The translations under genes were made by a program, and so were the position numbers. The notes below the pieces were generated by a model. The model had not been told where the DNA came from. It searched no databases and saw only the letters and a list, made by a program, of their open reading frames with translations. 64,000 nucleotides of DNA from Ginglymostoma cirratum (lineage: Eukaryota), in NCBI GenBank assembly GCA_024137785.1, contig JAHRHZ010000116.1, positions 609,421 to 673,420 of the forward strand, written 5' to 3'. Of this stretch, positions 11,551 to 25,208 are shown one piece after another; position 1 is the stretch's first letter, and each line of letters opens with the position of its first letter.

Positions 11551-12786
11551 ATTGCTGAACACAGGAAAGTGCAGGTCACACTGCGTCCAGACTACAGATT
11601 TAGCCAGTAACAGTTTAAAATAGCTTGTCGAAAATTCCCAACTTGCTTGATTGTTGCTCGTAACCAGTCTCATAGACAATTCTGTTGCTGACCACCTGAC
11701 CACATTCACAGCTCCGCTTTCCTGTCTTTTCTTCAGTACTCTTGATTTCCTTACTGTGTAAGAATTTCCATATCTCAGCGTCATGACTTTGTGAAACAAG
11801 AGATTCCTCGTTAGCTCGCTCTTAAGTGTGCGATTCCTTAGTTTGTAATTCTATCCTCTTGTTCTAGACTCTCCACAAGAGGAAGCAACCTTTATGCATA
11901 TACGTTGTCAAATCTTCACTGTTCAATTCTGTAGCTTTTGGGACGTGGCTGCAGGACTCCTGGCTTCGGTGGAATTACACTACCATGACATTACAAGAGC
12001 TCAATTATGCTGTCAATTATTCTGATGCAATGAACGGAAAGCAAATTTTATTAAATGTTACTTCTCAGCTGAGCACTAGTCCGTGAACAATAAAATCTAT
12101 TTTCGTGATATATTAATGGGACTGAGTTAGGAATGGATCCCATACTATCACTGGAGGTTAATAATTGTCTTCCGTTAACTTTCACTGCATTATGGAAGTT
12201 TTCCTCCCTTGAGGGGACAGACTGAAGTCCAAACAATAACGAAGATAATCCAAATTTCTGCCCGAAATATGTTCAGCTTAATGAAATTGCCAGATCTGAC
12301 CAGGATGTACAAAGTATCCCAGGTTGAGAAGCAACTCTTTCTGTGCATGTATGCCTTCTGAACACACTGTGAATTATAGCCCTTGTATGGAATGATGGAT
12401 AAAGTGCAGTTCAGAATGACGGTCATCTGAGCAAAAAGAAAGAAAAAACAAAACAAACATTAAAAAATGCTGTTATGGGAATTAAGAAAAACAAAGACTG
12501 CTTGCAGATCTTGTGTGTGAGTTGATCCTGCTGTCAGTTTGATGGTGCTGCCTACTGCTGCCCTATCTTATTGAATTCGTTATGAGTTTCAATTCCCCTT
12601 GTGCAGAATTGAAAGTTCGCCAGCATAGGATAATTCATTCATTATAATCTCTCCAGACATTTTATCTCCCAATTCACCTGATCAAAGCGAATGAGCTTAA
12701 AGTAAACTCATGAAACAAAACTCGAGATGAATTATTCCCATCTTTTAAACATGTTTCCCAAAAAAAAATTGAGACGGACAGGACAG

Positions 12787-12959
12787 NNNNNNNNNNNNNN
12801 NNNNNNNNNNNNNNNNNNNNNNNNNNNNNNNNNNNNNNNNNNNNNNNNNNNNNNNNNNNNNNNNNNNNNNNNNNNNNNNNNNNNNNNNNNNNNNNNNNNN
12901 NNNNNNNNNNNNNNNNNNNNNNNNNNNNNNNNNNNNNNNNNNNNNNNNNNNNNNNNNNN
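12787..12959. other. Assembly gap
   Basis: N-run; paralogous blocks carry a CA-rich tract at this position. Confidence 0.99.
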
Positions 12960-13599
12960 AGACGCACAGTGAAGAATGATTAAGACAGCTGCTGTGCTAT
13001 TATTCCCATCTATGGTGGGTTTTGTTCTGTAAGGCATGCGTGTTCAGTCAGAGAGAAATAAATCACTGATGGGTATGAAGAAAAATGACATTGATCTCAA
13101 GAAAGAGTTCTGAGGGGCACAAAAGGAAGGAGAATTACTATGTTGCGCCTGAATACAGAAAAATCGAAAATAATGGAAGCTTTCTAGGAGAATCTTGCAA
13201 TAATCATATTAGTGTTAGTAACCAACAAGTTTAAGATTGAGTTCAGTGATGAAGAAGGCTGCATTTGAGGATCTGACATTCGAGAATGAGCCAGATTTTT
13301 AGGCCACAGGATTTTCGGTGCATGAATTTCTCGGGAGTGGTGGGCAGAAGCAATATGTGTGCACGCATTAACTGGTTAAGTAAAAGATGGAGTAAATCGG
13401 GATAGTGGAACAGAGAAAAGTTCTGACATGGGACTATAGCTGCCAGAAATCTGAGTACTCGTTTTTCATGGATGGAAGTCAATCTTACAGAAATCCCATG
13501 GCTCCGTTTCGACGAGGCTAACCGCAACCTGGTTCAGGGAGGGTTAATTAACTGACAGTCAGCTCTCCTCCATCCTTCCTCATTGTATCATTTAATTAA

Positions 13600-16500
13600 A
13601 GATCAGGTCCTCAAGGGTTATAATTTCCGGATTACTGCCCGAGCAACGTGCAAATTGACATGGGGTACAAGAATATGGGAAGCAAATATATGGCTAAAGG
13701 AGTGGGAGTGGTGTGCGGGTTCCTTTTCATGCGTCACTGGCGTCATTATTGGAACTGGAGGGATAAGTACCTCTGGGACGGTCTCCACCTGAACCAAACT
13801 GGGACCAATGTTCTCGCAATAAGGTTAAATAGGCTGGTAAATAGGACTTTAAACTAGAAAGTGGTGGTGGGGGTAGGGTAAGACTTCCTCTGGTGAAGAA
13901 CAAAGCAACAGGTTAGCATCTGTAGGGGTATATTGGAAAAACATGAAAAAAATGGGAAAGGAGAACTCAAGAGAGTTTATTAAAGTCTCCAGCACAGACA
14001 AAAATTGACGGAGTGTTTGTAAAGGGTTAGGAATCAAACCTCAAGCACGTTGGATAAACGAGTGACGATGAGAAGAGGGGCGGATAACACAATACTGAAG
14101 ATACTATATCTGAAAGCAATCAATATACGAAAGACGATAATGAGCTTGTGGCGCAGATTGAGGCTGGCAGATATGACGTGGTGGGCATGAAGGAGACATG
14201 ATTGCAAGGGGATCAGGATTTGGAGCTGAATATCCAAGAATCCTATGGAATAGATAGGTATGTGGGCAGAGGGTGTCGGATTACCTAATTGGTAAGAACT
14301 GAAATTATATCGATAATAAGAAATGAGGTAGGGTCATATGTTCTAGATATGTGTGCGTCGAGTTGAGGAATAGCAGAGGTGAAACAGCAATAGTTGGAAT
14401 TATGTGAAGACCTCCAAAAAGTAGCCAGGAGTTGGGGCGCAAGATACACCAGGAGATAGAAAAGGTATGTAAGAAAAGCAAAGTTACGGTGATCATTGGG
14501 CATTTCAATATGCAGATGGACTGGGAAAATCAGGTTGTTAGGGGATTGCAAGAAAATGAATTTTTGGAATGTCTACGAGATGCCTTTTTGGAGTAGCTTG
14601 TGATGGAGCCCATTAGAGAACAAGCAATGCCGGATTTAGTGTTGTGCAAGAGGCAGACTTGATAAGGGAGCTTAAGGCGAATGAACCCTTAGGAAGCAGT
14701 GATCATAATATGATTGAATTTACTCTGCAATTTAAGAGGGAGACGATAGAATCAGAGGTAATGTTATTACAGCTGAACAAAGGCAATTACAGAGGCATGA
14801 GGGTGAGCTGGGTAAGTTTTACTGGGAGAGGAGCCTAGATGTAAAGACAATGGAACAGCAATGGTAGGAGTTTCTAGGAGTAATTCAGGAGACACAGCAA
14901 AACGTCATTCCTAGTGAAAAGAAACATGGTACAGGGACGATGAGGCAGACATGTCTGACCAGGGAAGTCAGGGATAGCATAAAAACAAAGAAAAAGCATA
15001 TAATGTGACGAAGGGCAGTTGAGAAGGAGTGGATTGAGAAACTTACAAAGACCAAAGAGGGCAGAAAAAATAAATAAGGATGGAGAAGATCCTGTATGTG
15101 GGTAAGCCAGCCAGGAATATAAAGGATGACTGTAAGAGTTTGTTTAGATGTATAAATGGCAAAAGAGAGGAAAAAGTGGACATTGGACCGCTGGAAAATG
15201 ACTCTGGAGAGATAATAATGGGGAACAAGGAAATAGTTGAGGAGCTGAATAATTACTTTACATCAGTCTTCACAGTGGACGACGTGACTAATATCCCAAA
15301 AGTTCGACAAAGTTGGGAGCAGAGCTTATTATGGTGCCCATTACCATGGAGAAGGTGCTAGAAAAACGTTATGTCCTGAAGGTGGATAAATCACAATGAC
15401 CAAATGGACTACACCCCAGAGTACTTAAGGAAATAATGTGAGAGATACTGGAGGCGTTAGAGGTGATCTTGCAGGAATCGCTAGAGTCAGAGAGGGTCCC
15501 AGAGGGCTGGAAAATCGTTACTGTGACACACCTGTTTAAAAATGGATGAAGGCAAAAGACAGAAGATTACAGACCGATGAGCCTAACCTCGGTTGTGGGT
15601 AATAGTTTAGAGTCCATTGTGAAGGATGACATTTCTGAATATTCGGAAGTGCATGGTAATATAGGGAAAAGACAACATGGCTTCATCAAGGAGAATCCAT
15701 GTCTGACAAATCTGTTAGAATTCTTGAGTAAGTAACAAACTGGTTAGACCAAGGGTGGTTATACCTCTGATCATTTTGTACACCTCTATCAAGCCACCTC
15801 TCATCCTTCATCGTTCTAAAGAGAAAAACCCTAGCTCTCTCAAACTTTCCTCGTACGAACCTCCCTCCATTACAGGCAACATCCCGATAAATCTCCTCTG
15901 CACATTTTCCACATCTTTACTGTAATGAGGCTACCAGAACTGGACTCAATACTCCAGATGTGGCCGATTCAGGCTTTTGTACAGCTGAAGCATAACCTCA
16001 CGGCTCTTGAACTCATTCCCTCTATTAATGAAAGCTAACATACCTTACGCCTTCTTAACAACTCTATCCACCTGCGTGACAGCTTTCAGGGAACTGTGGA
16101 AATGAACTCCGAGATCCCTCTGCTGCTCCACACTGCCAAGAATCTTTCTGCTAACCCTGTATTCTGCTTTTAAATTTGTCCGTCCAAAATGAATCCCCTT
16201 ATACTTTTCAGGGTTAAACTCCATCTGCCACTTCTCAGCCCAGCTCCGCATCCTATCAATGTCCCTTGATGGAGTTTAGAAAGGTGAGGGGTGTATCCAT
16301 TTGAAACTTACAAAATACTGAATGACCTGGACAGAGTGGATGTTGGGAAGATGTTTCCATTGGTAGGAGAGACTAGGACGAGAGGGCGCAGCTTTAGAGT
16401 AAAGGGAATACCTTTTAGAATGGAGAAAAGGAGAAACGTTTTCTGCCAGAGAGTGGTGAATCTATGTCATTCACTGCCAAAGACGGCTACGGAGGCCAAA

Positions 16501-16685
16501 TCATTGATTATATTTAAGACGGAGATAGACAGGCTTTTGATTGTCAATGGGGATCAAGGGTAACGGGAAGAAAGCAGGAGAATTTGGTTGAGAAACTTAT
16601 CAGCCATAATTGAATAGCAGAACAGATTCAATGGGCTGAATGGCCTAGTTACTACTCCTACATCTTATGGTTTTATTATGGTCTT
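13600..16685 (+). mobile_element. Degenerate CR1 (ORF1 esterase end + ORF2) with a nested minus-strand CR1 piece at about 15760-16268
   Basis: WDGLHLNQTGTNVLA (SGNH-esterase-like ORF1), EPLGSSDHNMIEF, 3' end 16270-16685. Minus piece encodes WAEKWQMEFNPEK..DLGVH. Confidence 0.85.
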
Positions 16686-16801
16686 TTGAGGCAAGGCAGT
16701 GAGTTTGGATCATCAAGGCATCAAGAAGCTGGTATTGAGGGCATAGTTTTAGAATAGGTATCACTTAATTTTGGATTGCTTTGTTCCATAAAGGACCGTG
16801 A

Positions 16802-17280
16802 CAGAGCATTTGCTCAGCATTGGGCTGTGTGCGCAGCAATCGAACAGGTAAATGTGGAGGAATTCCATTCTGCTTTCTTCTCGCTAAACATATTTTAACT
16901 GACATCAGTCTTACATTTTGCAATGTATATCTGTTTGCCCTTTCAAATGTGAGTCACGAGGATTTTGTCAGTCACTCTCCTCAGATGTTTGGACATGACG
17001 GGCGTTGACACTGAACTGTTCCTCTGATATTACAGCAAGCTTTTATTAATTATACCAGTGCTGACATAACCCGTACACGCAGCTCAAGTTTATACTGTGG
17101 TAATAATCCGGAGATTCCGAGGATAAAGCAGCATTTGCCAGAATTATTTTTTGTGAGTTAATACAGACTTCAAATTCACTGGTTCAACAATTTCGGATTA
17201 CAGCTCACAGACACCATAATCTATTACTGCGTTATCAAAGTGATAGTGATATACTACATTCTCAACATCATGCAAAAACA
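16802..17280 (+). pseudogene. TCR Valpha/delta-like pseudogene B1
   Basis: Decayed leader ending acag|gtaaat (16847); acceptor AG>AA; decayed V ending TDTIIYYC; RSS gatagtg (17242)-23-gcaaaaaca (17272-17280). Confidence 0.82.
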
Positions 17281-20200
17281 GACAATGTAAAGTCCTGTGT
17301 CATGGGCTTTATTTGCAATCACGGGCAGATACAGACACAAACAGCAAAGTGATGTCAGATGTCAGGAATCAAATTAACCTCAATTCAAGCTATCACCTAT
17401 TTGGATTTCCTAGTACAGCTCCGAAAATAAAGCACAGATTGTATTTCCTGCGAAATAACAACATGAATTCATCTTCCTTCCTTATTACTTGCTGATCTTG
17501 GATGCTAAGTAATTGTGGTCTATGTACCTGGACCGTCAATTCCTTCTGTGCCGTTGTTTTAATTTTGCCTTCTTTCAGATGTTAAATGATAGTCAGCTCC
17601 TCTATTCTTCTGGCCAAAATGCATAAACTCACATTTCCCATTATTTCCCGTCTTCGAACTGTTAGCCCACTTGATTAAGCTTCCAATATCCTTCTGTCGA
17701 CTCTTTGTGGCTGCCTCAGCCATTGCCATCCACGAGTGGTGAGAGTGCATTCACTTCTCTGGTCCATGTCATGAATACGTATTAGAAAAAATGCTAATTG
17801 TGGCAATTTAGAACCCAGAAAGCGCCCTCCCCCGCCCCCAATCGCTTATCCTAACTCTTTGCTTTCAATTAATTCGGAAATGATCTCTTCATGTGCAGTG
17901 ATACGCTTAAAAAATAAAGTCTTCAAGCCAGACCATTAAGGGTTAATCTTTAAGATTTAGTTGGACCTGACAATGCTCAACTGGAGAGAAGCAGAAAATT
18001 ACTGGCGTAGTGTAAAAACAGTTCATGTTGACTGTTGGGTAACTACATAACTTTGAACCATTGTTTTGTCTGATTCTCACGGGAAAATATAGATGATGCT
18101 TTCAACTTACTGTCTTCACAATGAAATGTTTGGAGAAGCAGTGAAACCATTTAAAAAACAGCGACATAGCTTTCAACCTGAATAGGGTTAATTTTAGGGA
18201 CTCTGTCGCCAGATTTCACCTAGGTCCGGGATCACAAACAATACTCGGAACCATGAGTTCTCCAGACGAGCCAACGTAAAGCGCCGTCACTGCCGGGCCG
18301 AAGGTAGTGAGCCATCATGTGAGTCCCTGATGGACATAAGGCAAGGAAAATCGTTGTCAAACATGCCTAATGTCATAGATTCACTCATAAGTTTGCACAT
18401 ATTTCAAACATATATTAAGTGGATTAAGTGAATACGTTTGCTTCATAGCAAAGCTCACGTGCATTTCTACAATCATTTTTACTAGACATTACAAAACATT
18501 TAAGTACCTTTGACCTAACAATACACCATGCTCATGCATTAATATACCACCTAACACATCGACTCTTGTCATATGAAGTTGCCAACGTTATGGTATGTTA
18601 CCTTCTTGGAAATTTAAACATACTGCATCTTCTCATTCTTTTTAGTCCACTATGCTTGAACTCTCCTCCAAGAATTCGACTAAAATTGTCAGATAGCATT
18701 TCCCCTTCATGAAACCATGCTGCTTCTGCCTCATTATTTTCTACAAATGTATAATTGCTATGGATACAGAGGGCTGCTTTCTTATCAGAGAGGTTGCTTT
18801 TGCTTTAAATGGAGGATTAGGGTGGTCCTTGTGGCACAGTGACAGCTTTCATATCCCTCGACCAAGGGGCACGGCTTTAAGCCCCACCTTCTCCAGAGTT
18901 TTGTCTTAGCAATCTAAACATGTTGATTAAAATACTTTAAACTGACGGTTGCCAGATATTAGACAGCGAGTGAGATTCAGAAGGTGGGGTTCTCATTGTA
19001 TCCTCAGATAATATAGGAACCGTACCCGCATTGTTGCCGTCACCTTGATTTTTGAAACATCCCTCCAGCCAACTGATCTTACCAACCCCATTGTATCATT
19101 ACGTTTACGATTTCACTGTTATTGTATCCTTTTCTAAACACCATAATCTTCAAAATTACAAATGTTAAGTGAACAAACCTCATGTTCTGGTTTTCTTTAT
19201 AACTCCTTTTCTTTTAGAAGAAATGAATTGATACAGAAAAAATGTAAGAGAAGGCAAAAAATATAGTGGACATCGGTAGAAATGATACTCAGAGCTAAGA
19301 CCACATGCTGATACATAAGTTGAGAAAGAATACAGTAATGTAGACAAAGTATAATGAAAGGCAAAAGATAAGTTTTTCGTTGATGTGTAGACCAGCCAAA
19401 TTAAATGGCCAACGGTGTCAGGGTCCTGTGCCTTTAGGACAGATTTGTTTTGCACTGTTTCTGTTGCATTTGTTGTTGCCACGGCAGTGTTCCAACGTCA
19501 CCTTCGGACAGGCAGTTTGTAATCAATTTTTGAAATTTTCCTGGGTATTTTATTTAACATGAGGCAAAAGAATAATGACTGGGCGGGGTCCGGTCTCACA
19601 GAGAACCAGATAGCGTTTTAGTTTCACTTTCATTTTGCAAGGTCCATCTGGCTGCTCAGTTTAAAAGCTTGAGTTCTCTGCTGTAGTGAAGTATGCGATA
19701 GCAAGGCTACATCTTAAAAATAAAAACGGGCAGATTGTTTTTTCCTTCTGGACTGAAATGATGAGAAGATCAACAAAGAAAGGTTGATAGTCTTCAGCCT
19801 GAGTATGGAAAAGCAGTATGGAAGTCCAAGCTAAATGGGAAACTGGCAAAAGTGATATCAGAGAAACGGGGAGATAAGGTTGAGACAAACTTCAATGTTG
19901 CATGACTTGCGATTTAAGGTACAATAATTTGAGAGGGGACAGTTTGTGGGACGACATGGATTTTCAGATGAGGATAAATTCTCTGGGGTACATGCGTTCG
20001 CAATTTGGTGACTCCTATTAACTCGGTAACTACACAGAATGCAGCAAATTAGTGCAGCGGTACACTGGAAAAGAGTCATGAGCGTAAGTGTGCTGGGAGT
20101 CTGGGAGTTGCTCATCACGGATGGAAAATCTGCGTATTAAAATGTTGTAGCGACGTTTTGAGGAGAGTGACTTTAATCCACGGCGGGTTAGGTCAGTTCA

Positions 20201-20299
20201 CTGAGAGTCTTCTCTCATTCCCCTCGAGCCTCTGTGTATCACCACCCACACAAAGCAGTGAGGTGGGAGAAACCAGAAACACGACAGCAGTTTACTGAT

Positions 20300-20407
20300 T
20301 TCTGAAGATTCCTGACCTGAAACTTCAGCTTTCCTGTTCCTCTGATGCTGCCTTCCGGCTCCATACTTTTTTGTCTCTGACTCCAGCTTCTGCACTTTTT
20401 GCTGTCT
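20300..20407 (+). mobile_element. Penelope pLTR-derived short insertion with 15-bp TSD
   Basis: Flanked by cagcagtttactgat at 20285-20299 and 20408-20422; body tctgaaga...gaaacttcagctttcctgttcctctgatgctgcc. Confidence 0.75.
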
Positions 20408-20486
20408 CAGCAGTTTACTGATGTTGGGATTTCGGAAGGGGAGCCTTCAACTATCTGACTGTCCTGTTACACAGAGGAGAGCGTCA

Positions 20487-20860
20487 ATGCGAAGACTCAG
20501 CATTTTGGTTGTTTGGGAAGAACTTCTAAAAGCTGAACGCAGAGAAAATATATTTCACCTTTTTCAAAGACCTATTTTAAACTGACGTTTGTTTCACATT
20601 TTAAAAATGCTTATTGCTTTGCATTTCAGATCCGAGTCATTGAAGTTCTATGACTCAGTCATTCTCCTCAGATATTCAGACATAATGAGTCATGATGACT
20701 CCGAGCTATACCTATGACCTTGTATATGGAAGCTATGCATTATTCTGGTAACGACAGCTCCGGTCACACAACATGAGTACTTCCTGAGCAAAGACACTTA
20801 TTGGAAAATCGATAAAGCAAATATTGTTGATAATCACTTCTCTGTAGAAGTTCTAGACTC
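20487..20860 (+). pseudogene. TCR Valpha/delta-like pseudogene B2, 3'-truncated
   Basis: Leader MRRLSILVVWEELLK (donor GT>CT); acceptor at 20628-20629; FR1 'tctatgactcagtcattctcc', 'ttctggtaacgacag', 'ttctctgtagaa'; no YYC or RSS. Confidence 0.78.
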
Positions 20861-21049
20861 GAATTCTCCCCAGCGTGCACTCTGAAATATTTAGATCGCT
20901 GGTTCATATCTAACTCTCAAATGGAAACCGAAAATTGAAGCTCTACCAGAATCCTGCTAGTGGCTTCTTTTTAATTCGTATTAGCTTTCTTTTAAAATAA
21001 GCTGTTCCTGTGCCATCCTCGATTACTTACTTGTATCCCCGAGGACAGC

Positions 21050-21780
21050 GAGTGAGCATTCTATTTTGAAAATGGTTTGAAACAAGCCGTATAGTTTATA
21101 GTTGTAAAATGCTTAAAAACTTTACTGCATTTCTTAGAATGTAGTATCTATTAGATATGTAGAATCTATTCTGGTAGAATAGATAAGAGAGAACTAATGG
21201 ATGCAGCGTGTTCTGATTCACAGAAAAATTAAGATAAAGCCCCTAAAAGTAGATTGCCTAATTTGGCAAAATTAAAGCGCACTGGATTCAATATCTTGTA
21301 TCGTAGATGTAACCAGCACCGAGCAACAAATCTTCACTCAAAGGATTATGTATTGGCATGCATCATGAATTATTTGATTGACATAAAACAGAGATTATGA
21401 ATAAAATGTTTTCCCCCATACGGTAGGCACTTACATGTTGGATAGTGCAAAGATCAGTGTTTGGACCTCCCACTATTCATGATATAAATAACCGATCGAG
21501 ATGAGCAAATCAAATGCAAAATTTCTCAGATTTTTGACGCCAAACAATTGGTTGGGATTATGAGGATGATGCAAGGAGGCTTCATGTTGATTTACACAAC
21601 TTGAATGGGTGGACAAGTACAACAGGGCAGAAAAGTGGAATTTAAAATTTAAAGCAGATTTTAAAGGCAGCAAGGGATATGGACAGAGAGTAGGAATGAA
21701 AAATTGAGGTAATGGATCAGCCTTGACCATACAAATTGGCGGAGCAGACACAAAGGTGTGAATGACCTGCTTATAATTTT
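21050..21780 (+). mobile_element. Highly decayed CR1 relic
   Basis: Remnants such as 'caaagatcagtgtttggacct' (QGSVLGP-like) and a CR1-type 3' end. Confidence 0.55.
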
Positions 21781-22452
21781 GATCTATCTTTTAGAACGGG
21801 AAAAAAAACTGTTGTTCGTGGAGATATTGGGGCAACGGCTTTAGAGAGGAGGTGTCATCTAATCCTACTATTATCTGAATGAAACACTTCCTGAAAATAG
21901 CTCCGGCATGGAACATCCAACTGCCACTCAATGCCGACTTCTTATACGAACCATTAGGAATATATTCAATTTGCCAACGCTCACAATGAGACAGTGCTGC
22001 ATCATAGCCTTCGTCTGAATCGGCAGAACCAGTCGTGGTTGATACTACAGGTCGATTTCAGACAAACAATCCATCAGTCTGATCTAAAAAGCTATGCAAA
22101 CAGAGACAATTTACTCATCCAAATTTCCAGTACTTAAAGAGAAGATGCAGTAGTCCTCTGTTCTCCATGTGGAAGACTCCTGGTTTCTCCAATCTTGCCA
22201 CATAGCTGCAGCCTTTCTTTCCAGACAGCATTCAAGTAAAGCTACGTGCGCCCCTCGACAGGGCTAATCTCAGCCGCTGCAGTGTGCATCGTCTACAAGA
22301 TTCGCTGTTGATCGAATGTTAGGCTTCTTGGGCAGTACTTTCTGAACCAGTGCCCTCTATCTTCTGAAAAGATAAGGGTATCTGATGCGTTAGAAGAACA
22401 ACCACCTACAATTTCCCGTCTCTCCTACTCAACTTCCAGACGCGTAAACAGG

Positions 22453-22775
22453 AGGTGATGGCGAGTGGCGTTATCAGTAGTCTGTTAATCCAGAGACACG
22501 GATGCATGACCCTTCTTATTGGCAACAAGCTTTTAATTCTGCGATGAAGTATTCGAATTTTAATTCACTAAGGGACAAATAATAACTATTGTCGATTATT
22601 GTGACAAGCCATTTCGTTCTCGAATGTCCCTCAGGGAAGGAAATCTGTCTTTATCAGGTCTGGCCTACATATTTCTTCAGACATACGGTGATGTGTTTGA
22701 CTGTTAACCACCCTCTGGCTACCCTTAGAGTGGATGATAAGTGCTGGCTAACCAACGACCACTATATCCTGTATA
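22453..22775 (+). mobile_element. tRNA-derived SINE, SacSINE1/DeuSINE-like
   Basis: 'tgtccctcagggaaggaaatctg..tggcctacat' core; homologous copies at 48212-48535 (+) and 63475-63800 (-). Confidence 0.6.
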
Positions 22776-23861
22776 TAACAAAAGGTAAAAGAAAATCCTT
22801 CAACCACAGTCACTAGGTCAAAATCCAATGCTCCCTCCCTAAAAAGTACTCTGAGTGTTTTTACACTCTAAGAACTGAAGCTGGTCAAGAATGTATCCCA
22901 CCACAACATTCTGCAGGGCAAGTAGTATCAAGCAACAATAATGTGATGGCATAGACAGCAATCCCTAAGTCACATGAGTGAATTAGAACAGAAATCTTCT
23001 GAAACACCAATAGGTCATTGCTTGCTGCAGGAGTTTAGAGTAGTCCTCGATATTTATTGTGCCATACGGCGTTACAGGAGAAAACCACGTTTCCAAATAT
23101 TGATTCTACATTCCCAAGAGATGTCGCGTTGCAGGACATTCCCAGATCCAGTGCTCTTTCGCATCACTTTTTTATGGCATGCTTTAGAACCACACAGAAT
23201 CATGCCTGTGGTGCAGGAGGGAAAAAGTTATGCGATTCATCGTGCCAACACTTTTTATATTTTCTAGAGCTGATGTTGTACTTTCTGAAAGTGATGCACG
23301 ACATTTCTATCTAAATAACTTTTCAATGCCCCCTTTAAAGCCTCAATGTCACCTCTTTCCACTATATGTTCAGGCAATGCATTCTATAATTTAACTATCC
23401 CCGAGCTCCTTGACGTCTGCATTCTTATTGCTCTTTCCTACTTAAGGCAATGAAATCAACGTCAATAACAACTTCTGTTTGGCAACTCGTCTCCGTGAAG
23501 AAATTGCACAGCTGTTCTGTGACATCGTTGACCCAGACACAATGGAATCAAAATACCACATTGGTCTCATGTCCAGAGCGAGATAAATGCCTGTATGCTG
23601 TCTGATTATAGAATTCCAAATCACTGATGACCTTCCCTTTTACTTTATCGTCTCCCGTACGGCTTAGACTTCCTGTGGAGTTGAGAATATCATGACTCTG
23701 ATACACATGTCTGATAACCCATTACAATCACCATTATAAATAAGGGAAAGCGAATTAGTGAGTCCAACTTCAAAAGACCCATCCATCGCCATCCTACTTC
23801 TCTTGGATTCCCTGGAGGTCTTCAATTGTCCGACTATCCTGTTACACAGAGAACAATGGCA

Positions 23862-24260
23862 ATCCAACTACTGTGCGCCCTAATTGCATGAGGAGCACTT
23901 CTAACCTGTAAAAGTGGAAATATATTTCATGTTACTTTTCAAACCCGATTTTATACTGCTGTCAGACTGGAATTTTTCAATTTAGGTATGACCCCTATTC
24001 CAGACCTAAGTCATTGAGACACTCTGTCACTCACTTGCACTTCTCAGACGTTCAGACAGAAGTACAGGTTGGGCCTTTAATACAGTGCCCCAATGATGCC
24101 ACACGGCACAGCAATGCGTTTTACTGGTACCAAAAGCACGCAGATACACAGCATGAGTTGGTACTGGAGAAATAGTCTGATAGTGATAAACATTAAGTGA
24201 TTTTTGTTAATGTTCTTTCCCCTGTTAAGCAGCAGCTCCTAGATAACTCAACTGATTTCT
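23862..24260 (+). pseudogene. TCR Valpha/delta-like pseudogene B3, 3'-truncated
   Basis: Leader with ATG>ATC and donor at 23908; acceptor ttccag|acctaagtcat (24004); 'ttttactggtaccaaaagcac' (FYWYQKH); no YYC or RSS. Confidence 0.75.
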
Positions 24261-25180
24261 ATGTTACGTTACTAATGAGGTCTATTGAGAACGATTCCAC
24301 ATTTTACAGCCTGGGCTGGCGATAAATGTTGCATTCATATTGACAAATAAATGAATTAACGAAGGTTTCCAACAACAGAAAGACATAATAAGATACAAGT
24401 GTCATTGAGGAAAATCTAAAATTGTGTCTCTCTTAATAATAAGTCTCATTCCCTTGTGAGATCTATCCCATATGTACAAAGCATCCATGAACCTGAAACT
24501 CACCAGTGAGTTTATGAAGTTCAGCTTGATGTGTCTGTTGACAGCAACTGACTCTGTGCACTGGCCGGTGCATGAGTTGACACTGCTTAAGTTTGTTTGG
24601 TGCATTTTGGTCGTCCTGTCCCACCGATTGAATCGATGATGAATTTCACCCACACATACACTGTGACATCGAATCGCCAGCATATCGAGGCAATGCATCA
24701 CTGTAAATATAAGAGAGAAGCCGGCAAAATCTCTTTGTCGCCCTATTCATTATGACACGCAATCTTGACACTTCAGACAATTTATCTTCCCGCATTGCTT
24801 CCAACTGCTTCTGAAATGGCTTTACATCACACAAGCAACTTCCCACACCAACATTCATAATGTTACGGTCGTGATTGCTAGCAGACACTGAAAGAGACAG
24901 AGGGACAGAAGACGCGAGGTCAATAATGCAAATATGTAGGTCAAAACAAGTCAACATGCACACACAAAGAAAAAGACATACATATATACATTCAAATACG
25001 GACGCACACACAGAGGCACATACAAATGAACATTTACGCCAAAATGCATACCCGAACACACATACACTCATACATACTCAAACACACATATACATAAATA
25101 TACACACAGGGACATATACGTGAATACTCACAAAGAGGCACATACACAATCAAACACATGGGCACTAACCAGGCACTAAA

Positions 25181-25208
25181 GGTGTTTGTGCCTAAGACAG
25201 CCACTGTG
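25181..25208 (-). other. Orphan 12-RSS in D/J-type orientation
   Basis: GGTGTTTGT, 12 nt, CACTGTG on + (CACAGTG-12-ACAAACACC on -): heptamer 7/7, nonamer 8/9. Confidence 0.6.

Noticed and set aside
12508-12580. Possible RSS-flanked D segment (tgctgtc here, cactgtc near 31577)
   Set aside because: The essential terminal base is wrong in both copies and the nonamers do not match.
12965-12971. CACAGTG just after the gap, suggesting a hidden V
   Set aside because: No nonamer at 12 or 23 nt; paralogues have a CA-rich tract where the gap lies; the gap is shorter than a V exon.
22100-22170. FR3-like translation NLLIQISST*REDAVVLC
   Set aside because: No leader, FR1, WY motif or RSS nearby; could be chance.
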